Shown piece by piece: positions 33,407 through 44,500 of a DNA stretch of 64,000 nucleotides (position 1 is the first letter of the stretch; each line of letters begins with the position of its first letter). Origin of the DNA: Scenedesmus sp. PABB004 (lineage: Eukaryota); assembly GCA_014905635.1 (NCBI GenBank), contig JABVCE010000011.1, positions 62,001 to 126,000 of the forward strand. The letters run 5' to 3'. The position numbers were made by a program, and so were the translations under genes. The notes beneath the pieces were generated by a model. That model saw only the letters and a program-made list of their open reading frames with translations. It was not told the origin of the DNA and did not search any database.

Positions 33407-34366
33407 CTAGTTGCTGCACGTGCTGCCGCCGCCGCTGCTCGCGGGCTGCGCGGCGCGCCCCGCCCGCACCGCGGCCTGCAGCTCGAGCGCCAGCTCGTCG
33501 CTGCCGCCCTGCGCGCCGCCGCTGGGCGCGGGCGCGGGCTCGCCGCGCAGCGCGGCGGCCATAGCCGCCTCGGCTGCGGCCGCCGCGCTGGCCACCACGC
33601 GCGCGCGCCACTGCTCCGCGAGCGCGGCGGCCGCCGCGCTCGCTGCCGCGGCGTAGGCCTCCGACTCGTCGACCGCGCGGAGCACCGCCGCGCGCAGGCC
33701 GGGCAGCATCGCCGCGACCGCCGCCGACACGGAGAACGCCTCGTCGCCGGCGGCCTCCGCCTCGACCGCGGCCGCGCGCACGCGCGCCAGCAGCGCGCGC
33801 TTGAGCTCCGCCGCGAGCGCGGGCGACACCCTGCTCGCGGCGAGGCGCAGCAGCTCGCGCACCACCTGCGCCGCGCCCGCCACCGAGGCAGCGGTGTTGT
33901 CGGCGCCGTCGCGGCCGCCGCCGCGTGTGCGCGACTGCGAGCTGCACTGCGACGCGTCCGGCAGCGCCGCGACCGCCTCGAGGGCGGCCCGCCGCGCCGA
34001 CGCCGGCGCCGGCGCGGCCGTTGCCGCGGGCCCCGCCGACGCGCGCAGCACGGCGAGCGAGTCGGCGAGCGCCGCCGCGGCGGCGGCCGCGTCGCGCTGC
34101 GCGGCCGCCTGGAGCGTGCTGATCTCCGCCAGCGCCTGCAGGCCGCCGCCGCGCAGCAGGGCGATTGCCGAGGCTGCCGCGCCGCCGTGCGCGCGGCTGG
34201 CGCGCCGCGCGCGCTTGGCCTTGGTCCTGGCCGGCGCCAGGCGCAGCCGCCGGGCCGGCCGCCCGCGGTGCGCCACGACAGCCCGGCCGCGCGCGCCGGC
34301 TGCGCGCGCCGCCGGGCCGCTGACCGGGCTGGTGCTCAGGCCGGCCTCCGCCGCCGCGAGCTTCAT
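33407..34366 (-). CDS. Uncharacterised Ala-rich helical protein (paralogue A)
   Basis: About 100 aa of clear similarity to the ORF at 35781-36608 (RVSPxLAA.L...LAR.R.AA..AEAAG...LP.LR.AVL.A....[15 protein letters not shown]). Confidence 0.6.
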   Translation of the reverse strand: MKLAAAEAGLSTSPVSGPAARAAGARGRAVVAHRGRPARRLRLAPARTKAKRARRASRAHGGAAASAIALLRGGGLQALAEISTLQAAAQRDAAAAAAALADSLAVLRASAGPAATAAPAPASARRAALEAVAALPDASQCSSQSRTRGGGRDGADNTAASVAGAAQVVRELLRLAASRVSPALAAELKRALLARVRAAAVEAEAAGDEAFSVSAAVAAMLPGLRAAVLRAVDESEAYAAAASAAAAALAEQWRARVVASAAAAAEAAMAAALRGEPAPAPSGGAQGGSDELALELQAAVRAGRAAQPASSGGGSTCSN

Positions 34367-35780
34367 CTCATCTGCGACCGGACGCAGCCGGGGCAGGCGG
34401 GGCGCGCGTCCGGGGTCGGCGGCGGCGCGTCACCGGGGCGGCGCGCGAGCTGCGCGGGCGGCCATCACGCCCTGCGGCTGGCCGCTGCGCGCCCCGCGCG
34501 GCTGCTGGGCGATGGAGAGCGGCCCGGTACGTCTCGGGGGCACGGCCCACGCCGCCTCCTCGCGCGGGCGGCAGCGATAAGGCCGATGCGCAAGCTCGCC
34601 CGCCCCGCGCAGCGCCGCGGGCGCACCCGCGTCCATGGCCGTCGCCTCCACAGCCTACTAGATCACCGTCGAAGGTGTGCTCGTGATGTCGGCGCGACCC
34701 AGGGCGCTGTGCGGCTTGCTGCGACCGCAAGCAAGGCGCAGGCGCGCTTGTCTACGGGGATATCGGTGACCCGGTGGGCCACTCGTGCGACTGGGGGTGT
34801 GGCAGGCGGGCGGGGAGGCCGGCAAACCCGGAAGACCAGCGGGGCGTCCGGCGATCTTCACGGTGCATCTCCTCACGGCTGCACAGCGCGCGCCGAGCCG
34901 CGCTGGGGCAGCGGAGTGACGTCTCTTCGTCGTTTCGGCACCGCGCCCCGCCCCCCGCACGCGGCCGGCGGCGGCGTCAAGCCCCGCGCGGTGACTGTGC
35001 TCTTCCTAGAGCACAAGGCAGCCCCGCAGCGGCGCCGCTTGACCGCCACATGCACGCGCAGCGGCTCGCTGGCCGCCAGCAGCAGCCGGCCGCCCGACCG
35101 CGCCGCTCGCCGCCGGCGGGGCGCGTGGGGAGCGCGCGGTGCTCGCCACGCCTCCACGGCGGTCCAGCAACCGAGCCCAGCGCGCGCTCTGTCAGCTCGC
35201 TGGTTTGCAGCAAGCTCGCTGGGGCCCGTACCGCGTCAGCGCGCGCGGCCCGCCGCTGCGCCGCCTCCGCGGCCGCGCGCGCGCCCGCAGGACGCTGCTG
35301 GACAGCCGTGAGCGGCGTGGGGGTGACGCCACCAGCACGTCCGTCCGCGCCGGAGCGCGGAGATTGGGGGCCGCCGCCGCGCGCAGCGTCACCGGCGTCC
35401 CTGCTGCTTTGATGCCTCGTGGTGCCCGCATCCGGCGCAGTGCCGTCCCGCGTCACTGGCGCGCCGAGCCGTCCACATCGCGCGCTCTAGATCGGTCGGG
35501 TCGCACACGCCACGGCCTGAGCGAGCCGCCCGCGGCCCGGGCGGCCCAGCCGGCTGCCGGCGCGCTGCGGGCGCGGTCAGACCTCGTATAGTGGCTGACA
35601 GTGCGCCTGCCTACGCGGTGAGCGCGCCCGCAGCCGGGGGACAGGGGGCGGCTGGCTGCGGCCATCTCGGCCCGCCCTGCGGGCGCCGCGCGCTCCTGCA
35701 GTGAGCTCGGGGCCCACTCACCGTCGGACCCGCCTCCCCCACCGTCCCAACGCGGCGCAGGGCCGCGCCCCGCGCCAGCC

Positions 35781-36608
35781 ATGTCCAGCAGCGGCGGTCG
35801 CCCGGCGGCGCGGGCGTCCGGCCGCCGCACGGGCGCCGCCGCCGCCGCCGCCGCCGCGCCGGCGGAGCAGCTGCACGCGCGGCGTTCGGCGGCGATGAAG
35901 GCGCACAGCTGCAGCGACCGCGGCGCGGGCGTCACCGACTTGCGCGGCCAGGCGCGCGCCGCGCTGCTGCGCCGTGTGGGCTCCCTGCGCGCCGCGCAGG
36001 CAGCCGGGCAGCAGCCGGCGGCGCAGACGTCGGCGGGGAGCGCCGACACAGAGCTGCTGCTGCGCGAGCTGCTGCGCGAGGGCAGCGACGCCGCCGCGGG
36101 CGTCGGCACCAGCAGCCCGCCAGCGCGCGGCGCGGCCGCCGCCGCGCCGGCGCCGCTCTCGGCGGCGGCGCTGGTGCTGCGCGTGCTGCTGGCGCTCGCG
36201 GCGGAGCGCGTGTCGCCCGAGCTGGCGGCGCGGCTGAGGCAGACGGCGCTCGCGCGCCTGCGCGGCGCCGCGCTCGCCGCCGAGGCGGCGGGGCAGCCGT
36301 CCGTCGTCGCCGACGCGCTCGAGGCGCTGCTGCCCGCGCTGCGCGGCGCGGTGCTGACGGCGATCCAGCAGACTGAGGCATACACCGCCGCCGCGAGCGC
36401 GGCGGCCGCCGCGCTCGCGGCCCAGTATCGGCGCGAGGTCTCGGCGCAGGCGGCCGACGCGGCCGACGCAGCTATGGCGGCGGCGATGGGCGAGGCGCGC
36501 CCCGCCGCCGCCGCGGGCGCCGGCCTGGCCGCCGCCGCGGCCGCGGCGCTGGAGGAGGGGCGGGGCGACAGCGACGAAAGTTCGTTCATGCGGCAGCGCA
36601 GCGCCTAG
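35781..36608 (+). CDS. Uncharacterised Ala-rich helical protein (paralogue B)
   Basis: ATG-initiated ORF with protein-level similarity to 33407-34366; divergent orientation. Confidence 0.6.
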   Translation: MSSSGGRPAARASGRRTGAAAAAAAAPAEQLHARRSAAMKAHSCSDRGAGVTDLRGQARAALLRRVGSLRAAQAAGQQPAAQTSAGSADTELLLRELLREGSDAAAGVGTSSPPARGAAAAAPAPLSAAALVLRVLLALAAERVSPELAARLRQTALARLRGAALAAEAAGQPSVVADALEALLPALRGAVLTAIQQTEAYTAAASAAAAALAAQYRREVSAQAADAADAAMAAAMGEARPAAAAGAGLAAAAAAALEEGRGDSDESSFMRQRSA

Positions 36609-37602
36609 GCGGCATCAGCACGCGCGCGCCCGAACTGCAGGCGGGGGCGGCCGGCGCGGCGGCGCGCGCGCGTCGCTCGCGGCAGCACGCCTCGTCATGC
36701 CGCGCCCGCGCGCGCACCGCCGGGGGGGGGGGGCATTGCTTGAGCTCTTTGCTTAGCTCAGCGCGCCGTGCGGCGCGCACTTGTGCTGGCTTGCGCCAGG
36801 TGCAGCGTGAGCAATTGCCGCGGCGCGGGGATCATCCGGGGGGCCGCTGTGCGGCCCGAGCAGACGCTCAGGTCACGCAGCGGCGCCGTGTCCGCCGGTT
36901 CCCAGCACGCCGTGCGGCGACGGACGGCCATGTCTCGCCGCTGGCTGGGTGGGCGCACACAACGGTTTGCGCGCGCAGCTGCGCTCCTTGTGTGCTGCCA
37001 TGGTCTCTTGTTCTTGCCGCCGCCGGCGGCGGCCTGTTATTGGGGCGCGGGGTCGCGCCAGCCGACATCGGATCTAGACTGCTCGACTCAGAGCTCCACG
37101 CCAGGCACACCTTGTTTGGCGAGCGAGCGAGCGCCGGCGAGGGTGGACGAACGCGCCTGAGGAGGGGGGGGGGGGGCACACCTGCACTGTGCCGGGTGGC
37201 GAGCGGGCCGACAAACAAACGGGCCTTGAATCTGCCCGGCGAGACCGTGAGCTGCGCACGCTGAGTCGCGCTGGCAGTCTGAGCCTGCCTGCAGCGCGCG
37301 CGACGCGCCGTGCACGCGCTCTGGTTGGTGCCCAGCGCTGCGCGCGCAGGGGCTCCGGCTGGCCACAACCAACGCACGCAGCTAGCCGGCTTCCTGCGAG
37401 GGCTCACTGGGATCGCTGTCAGCACGCGCTCTTGACTCGGCTGCTCTGAGACTGGCCGGCCGAACTCCCAGAACCTGGGAGCGGCGCCTGGTGGGTGCGG
37501 GCCTGCCTACTTGGCGGTGGCGTGTGCTTGAGCGCACGCGCGTGTTCCCTGAGCAGCAACACCTGCAATCAGACCGTCTCAACTCCTTGCCACCGCCTCC
37601 GC

Positions 37603-37988
37603 TCACGCCGTCGCGGCCGCGCTCACGCCGTCGTCGGCGCTGCCCGCCGGCGGTGGCGCGGCGGCTGGCCGCGCCGCCTTGGCCGGCAGCGGGCCCGCCG
37701 GCGCCGCCGCGCTGTGCCGCGCCGGCTCGTGCTCGGCGGCCACGCAGCGCGCGTCGCCGCTCGGCAGGCCCAGCCGGCGCCACAGGCCCTCCACGGCTTC
37801 GAGGCAGAGCAGCAGGAGCGTCACGGCCCACCAGGCGAGGCTGCGCGGCGGCGGCGCGCACGCGGGGTGCTCGAGGCGCGCGCAGCGCGCGTAGCGCCGC
37901 GCCCCGGCCACGGTCGAGGGGATGGCGGCGTAGAAGGCAGCCTGCGTTTGGGGGGGGGGGGGGCGGCGGGCGGTGTGTGTCTGTGCTC

Positions 37989-38019
<31 letters not shown>

Positions 38020-38761
38020 GGGGGCTGCGGGCAGCGGCGGCGGCGCCGCACGAGCGTGTCGGCGGCGGCGCGCTTGACGCGGTCCGCGCCCCAGGGGCTC
38101 CACGCGAAGAGGCCGAACTTCACTTTATAGCCCGCGTTCCATTCGAAATTGTCCAGCAGCGTCCTGCGAGAGGCGCGTGAGCGGGCGGCGCGGGGGTGCG
38201 CGTGCGCAGGCGGCGGCGCCGCCGCAGCCAGCGAGAGCCGGCTGGGCGCGCCCGACCCGCGCGCGCCCCCTTGGGTGGGGCGCCCGAGGGAGGCGGCCGC
38301 ACCAGTAGTAGAAGCCCCGCACGTCCACGCCGTCGGCGAGGGCGCGCAGCGTCTGCTTCACGTGCGCGTCGACGACGTGGACGCGCAGGCCCTCGCTGTC
38401 GATGCTCACGCCCGTCTCGGTGACATAGAGGGGCAGGCCGTACGCGGCGCAGCGGTGCAGCGCGGCGTGCAGGCCCTGGCGGGGCAGGTCGCGCGGCGCC
38501 AGCCCGGGCCGGCGGCCAAGCAGTCGGCGCGGGCGCGCGCCGGGCCGCCGGCCGCGCTGCGCCGCAGCACGCGAGCCGCCGCCAGAGGGCTGGCTGGCTT
38601 CCATCCCTGCGCCGCGCCGCCCCAGCGCCGCACCTCGGGGTCGATCGGGTACCCGAGGTCGCTCAGCACCTGCGCAGCGGGCCCGGGGGGCGCAGCGTCG
38701 GGCCGCCGGCCGTGACGCGCAGCAGCTGCGCGGGCGGGCGCGGCGCGGCGCGGCGCGCACA

Positions 38762-38830
<69 letters not shown>

Positions 38831-40629
38831 CTGCCAGGGGCGCCGCCCGGGCGTGAGCAGCGGCGAGACGATGGGGCGCGAGTAGAAGTTGACGCCGAGC
38901 CAGTCGAGCGGCGGCCGGCCGTCGTCGGCCTCAAACGCGACGGCGCTGCCGCCCAGGAGCGGCGCGCCGCGCGCGTCGCCGCGCTGCGCCTCCTCGCGCC
39001 GCGCCGCGCCGGCGGCGTAGCTGTCGACAGCGGCGACATAGTCGGCCAGCCGGCCGCGCGCGAGCGAGGCGCGCGCGGCGCCGGCCGCGTCGCGCGCGCC
39101 GGCGGCCGCGTCGGCGCGCAGCCCCGGCACGCCCAGCCTGCCCGCCAGCTCGGCCGCAAACTGCCCGACGCTCTGCTGCGCCGGCGGCAGCGAGCGCGCC
39201 GCCGGCGGCGCGCCGCCGCGCCGCGACAGCAGGCGCGGCACGCACCACTGGAACCGCCCCGTCAGCAGCCACTCGTGCATGACGTCCCAGCCCCACCAGA
39301 AGGTCAGCCAGCGCGCCGCAAAGCTGCGGCACAGCGGCGGCGCGGCGGCGGGGGTGGGAGGGCTGGGCGCGCGCGTGGTGGGCACTGCCGGCGCCGGCGG
39401 CCGCGCGGCGGCGGCGGCAGCGCGGCTGGAGCGCGGCGCCCACGCACCGCGAGTGCGCGGTCAGCGGCCCGAGGTCTGGCCAGGCGGAGAAGGGTATGAG
39501 CATGTGGGTGAGGCCGACCTGCGGCGCGCGAGGCGCGCGAGGCGCCGCGGGGACGGGGCTGCGTGAGCGAGGCCCAGCAGGGCGGGCCGACGGCGGGCCG
39601 TCGGCGGGCGTAGCGGCGCGCGCGCGCGCGCGCCTTGTGGCGCTCCCCGCCGGGCAGGGCCTTGATCGCCCGGTAGGCAGCGGTGTGGGCGCGGAGCATG
39701 TGGTGCAGCACGCGCCCCGCCTGCGCGCGGCCGCCAGGCGGCGCGGCGGCGTGGCGGCGGGCGTCGAGATGCCAGCGCCTTGCTGGGCGCGCGCGGCTGG
39801 CCGGCGGCGCCTGCCCTGCCGCCGGCGGCGCGGCTGTGCATGTGCACATGCACGCGTGCACGTGTGAACGTGCACACGTGCACGTGTGCACGTGTGCCCG
39901 CGCGGCGGGGCCCGCCTGCCTTGGTGAGCGCGAGCAGCTCGCCGGGCGGGTAGGCGCCAAAGATGAAGCCCATGGTCGAAACCGACTGCGTTTGCAGGGC
40001 ACGGGGCGCGCGCGAGGCGCGCAGGGTTAAGCTGAGCCCTGCACGGCCCTCAGGTCTCACGGGGGCTCAGGGCTCGTTCGGCTGCGCCCCGAGCCCCGCA
40101 GGGCGCAGGCTCAGGAGGCGCACCGTGGGCTCTGCGGGCGGTCACCGAGGGCGCGCGCGTTGCGGCGGCGGCGGCGCGGGCGGTGGCGCGGCGCGCGCGG
40201 GCGCCTTGCTGGCGCCCGGGCGTGCGCCCGGCTGCGCGCGCACCGTTGAAGGTCGCCCACATCTGCACCTGGTCGCCAAACAGCTCCACCGCCTGGCGCG
40301 ACGGTCGTGCGCGCAGGCGCGCGGGCGGGCGGCGGCCAGGTCCGGCTGGCTGCGGCGCCGGCTCGCGCGCCAGTGCCGCCTCCGCGCGGAGCCCGCCTCC
40401 GCAGCTGCCTGCCCGCGAGAAGCTCCTCACGGCCAGGCAGCGCGGCGCGGGCAGCGCGCGCCGCCCACCTTGACCGCGTAGTCAACGAACAGCTGGATGT
40501 TGGCCTCTTCGGCCCAGCCGCCGGCGTCGTCAAACCACTGCGGGTGCGTGAAGTGGTGCAGCGTGACGCTGGGCGTCAGGCCGCGCGCCAGCAGGGCCGC
40601 AAACATGTCCCGGAAGCTGCGGCGGCGCC

Positions 40630-40660
<31 letters not shown>

Positions 40661-41352
40661 GGGCGGGGTCGGCGGGCGCGCCGCGCGGCGCGGCCCGTCA
40701 ATCGAGCGCGGCACGCACCGCGCGACCGCGGCGGCGTCGATGTGCCCGCGCCGCGGCTCGATGCGCGCCCACTCGAGGGAGACGCGGAAGCCGTTGCAGC
40801 CCAGCCCCGCCGCCAGGTCGGCGTCCTGCTCATACCTGCGCGGCGGCGCGGCGGCGCCTCGTGCGGCTCGCCAGCACCTGGCCAGCCCTCACCGGCGCCT
40901 GGCCAGCCCCTCGGCAGGGCCTGGCTGCCCCGCCCCATGGCTGGCCCTTCGCTTAGGCACCCTGGCGCGGGCGGCGCTGCGCCGCGCGCAGCGCACCGGT
41001 TCCAGCTGCTCGGGGACACCTCGAGCACACTCGGTCCGCCCTTCAGGCGCGCCATCGCGAAGCGCGCCCAGTTCAGCGGGCGCCAGGAGCGCAAGATGTG
41101 TGTCCAGTTGGACGCCTCGTCGCCGCTGGACTGCCAGACGTGCGTCTGCGCGTTGCGAGCAGCGGCGGCGCGCAGCTGTGAGCGGCAGCTCCAGGAGCTG
41201 CCGCTGCGGCGCCCTTGGAGCCAGGCCAGCCGCGCTCATCGCACCCCCACGCCCTTCACGAACTGCTCCTCGCCACTGCTCGCGTCGACCAGGATGGAGT
41301 TTGCGGGCAGCGCCCCCCGCCGGCGCTGCCGGGCGGCGGCGGGGCCGTCCAT
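37603..41352 (-). CDS. Glycoside hydrolase family 1 (beta-glucosidase-like)
   Basis: FRVSLEWARIEP, TLHHFTHPQWF, WATFNEP (acid/base), DWLGVNFY, YVTETG (nucleophile), GFYYWTLLDNFEW and FGLF; hydrophobic segment near the C-terminus. Confidence 0.93.
38763..38827. repeat. (GCC)n microsatellite in a GH1 intron
   Basis: About 21 uninterrupted GCC units. Confidence 0.9.
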
Positions 41353-41504
41353 CGCTGCCCGGGCGCTGTCGCGCACCGACGCTGGCCTGTCAGAGCGGGG
41401 GACGGCGGCTGTCAGAGCGGGGGAGCGCGGGCGGCGCTGCCGTGGCGGCGCTCCAAGGCCACCGCCGCGCGGGCACGCGCACGTTACGTTCATCGCGGTC
41501 CAGG

Positions 41505-44500
41505 TCACGGCCCCAGCGCGTCGACAAAGCCCCGCACCAGCGACAGCAGCTGCAGCGGCGCCTCCACGTGCACCGCGTGCCCCGCGCCCGGCACCTCGGC
41601 CCATTGGTGCCGCGCGCGCACCGCCGCCGCCGCGGCGCCGTCGCCGTCGCCGCCGTCGGCGCCGGCCTGGCGCAGCTTGGCGGCCATGCGGCGCTTGATG
41701 CCGGCGAACTTGACGTCCCGCTGCCCCGCGACCAGCAGCAGCGGCACCTCCACGCGCCGCAGCTCGCCCCACATCGGCTCCATGCGCCCGGTGCTGCCGT
41801 GCACGAGCGCCGCCGCGAGGCCCGCCTCGCGGCCGCGAAGCTCGCCGCCGCGGCGCGCGAGCAGCCGCGGCAGCGCCGGGTGGCGCCGCAGCGAGCCCCA
41901 CAGCGGCTGCGCGTACCACCAGGCCAGGAAGCGCGGCGCGCCGAGCGCCGACAGCATGCCCGCGAGCTCGGCGTCGCGCAGCACGCGCGCGCCGCGCAGC
42001 GCCGAGTCGGGCATGCCGGGCGTGCCCGACACCAGCACCGCGCCCGCCCACGCGACGCGCGGCGGCGGCGCCGCCGCGCCCGCCACGCCGGGGCGCTGCT
42101 GCTGCTGCTGCTGCAGCGCGGTGTGCAGCGCGACGCGCGCGCCCATGCTGTAGCCAACCACCAGGCAGCGCGCGCCGTCGCCAAACGCGGCCGCCGCGGC
42201 CGCCTCGGCCGCCGCCGCGCCGCTGGCGACGCTGTAGCAGCACGCGGGGCCCGCCTCGCCGCCGCGCTCGGCGCAGCCGCCGCACTCGGCGCCGGCGCCG
42301 GCGGGCGCGAGCGGGCGCGTGCCGCCGTGGCCCGGCAGGTCCAGCGCGAGGCAGGGGTGCCCCGCCGCGGCGAGCGCCGCCATCATCGGCCGCCAGTCGC
42401 CCGCGCCGCCCATGAAGCCGTGCAGCAGCACCACGGGCAGGCCCGCCGCGCCGGCGGCGCCCGGGTGCGCGAGCGGGCCCGCCCGCAGACCAGTCACACG
42501 CATCGCGCCGCCGGCGGGGGTGGGCACCTCAAACGCGACGGGCGTGAAGCCCGCGGGCTGCGCCAGCACGCACGGGCCGAGGTGCAGCGCTGCGGCCGCC
42601 GCTGCGCCCACAGCCGCGGCGCCGGCGCCCGCCTGCTCTCGCTGCGGCGCCGCGGCCGCCGCCTCCTGCAGCAGCTGCCAGGCGCGCGCGGCGGGGACGG
42701 CGTGGCCCCAGCTCGCGAGGCCCTGCTGGCCGCTGCCGCCAGGCGCGTTGAGCACGTCCCGCGCAAACCAGGAGAGCGTGCCGAGGCCGTGCCAGCGCCG
42801 GAGGTGCTGCGGCGGCGGCGGCGGCTGTGCCGGCGCCAGCGCCCCCTCCTGCGCCGGCCACGCTGCGCGGGGCGAGCTCGGCAGCAGCGCCCCGCCGAGC
42901 CCCGTCCAGAGGCCGCTGGGCAGCGTGGCGGTGGCGGGCGGCTGCTGCTGCGCCGCCGCCGCCTGCAGCGCCGGCGCGGCCGCGGCGTCGGCGTCGGCCT
43001 CCGCGTCCAGCGCCTCCGCGAGCTGCGCGAGCGCCGCCAGGCCGACGCTGCTCTCAAACGAGCTGCTGATGACGGCGCGCAGGCCCTGCGCGCGCGCCCA
43101 GCGCGCGGCGGTCCAGGCGGCCTCAAAACCGCCGAGCAGCGAGGGCTTGACCACGACCGCGGCCAGCCCGCTCGCGATGCCGAGGTCCAGCGCCCCGGCG
43201 GCGGCGCCGGGGCCGATTAGGCCCTCGTCCAGGCTCTCGTCCACCGCCACCGGAATGCCTGCGCGCGGGGGGCCGTGAGCGGCGCGGCCGTCAGCGCGGC
43301 GCGGCGCAGCGCGGCCGTCAGCGCGGCGCGGCGCGGCGCGCCGTCAGCGGGCCCGGGCGCGGGCGCGGCCCAGCGCGGGCCGTGTCGCGCGCGCACCCGA
43401 CTCGGCACTGAACGTCGCCATGTCACCCGGGTCGGCGGTGGGCTCCTCAACGTAGGCCAGGACGTGCCGCCCGCCGGGCGCGCCGCCCGCCTCGGCCGCG
43501 GCCGCGAGCGCACGCGCAAACGCGAGCGCCTGCTCCAGGCTCCACGCGCGGTTGGCGTCGGCCGTGAGCGCGACGCCGCGCGGCGCCAGCGCGGCGTGCA
43601 GCGCGGCGACGACCGCCGCGTCGTCGGCAGGGTCGGGCCTGCGGCGGTGGCGGCGGCGGCGGCAGGGGACGCGGGTCGGCGCCGCCGCGAGTCGCACAGC
43701 AGCCGTGACGGCGCCAGCGGCCGCGACAACCGCAGCGCCGCGAAGAGAGCCCTGGGCCTTACCTCCGTCCAACCTTGACCTTGATGGCAACGCACCCAGC
43801 GTCCGCCAGCGCGGCGCCCGCGGCGACCAGCTCCTCCACGCTGCCGCTGCCGGGCAGCAGGCCGTTGACGGCAACGGCGCCGCCGCCGCTGGCACCGCCG
43901 CCGCTAGCGCCGCCGCCGCCGCCCGTCGCCGCCGCCTGCTGCCCCTCCTGCCGCAGCAGCAGCGCCGCCAGGCTGCAGCCCTGCGCCGCTGCGAGCGCCT
44001 GCAGCAGCGCACCCTCCAGCGCGCAGCGCACGCTTGGGTGCAGCGCGCGGGGGTCCAGCCCCGCGCAGCTCCGCAGCCACGCGCTGGGCGCGCCCGCGCC
44101 GAGCAGCGCGAGCGTGCGCGGCACGGGCAGGCCGCGCAGCAGCCGCGCGAGCATGTGCAGCTGCGCCGCCGCGTCCTCGTACGACTCGGCGTGCAGCCCG
44201 GGCAGCGGCGCCGCCTCGCCCAGGCCCGCAAAGCCGGCGGCGGGCGCCGGCGTCGTCTGCTGCGCCTGGCCGCCGAGGCCACCAGCGTCATGCCTGAGCA
44301 CGACGCGCAGCAGCAGCCCGCGCCGCACGCCCGGCGCCGCGCCCGCGTCGCCGTCGGCGCTGGTCAGGGGCCGCGCCAGCGGCAGCGCGTAGGCCGACAC
44401 GGCGGCGTCCGCCACGACCAGGCCCGGCCGCAGCACGACCGGCGGCTGCGGCGGCGGCGCGCCCCACGCCGGGGCCGGCAGCTGCTGCGGCCCGCCGCCG

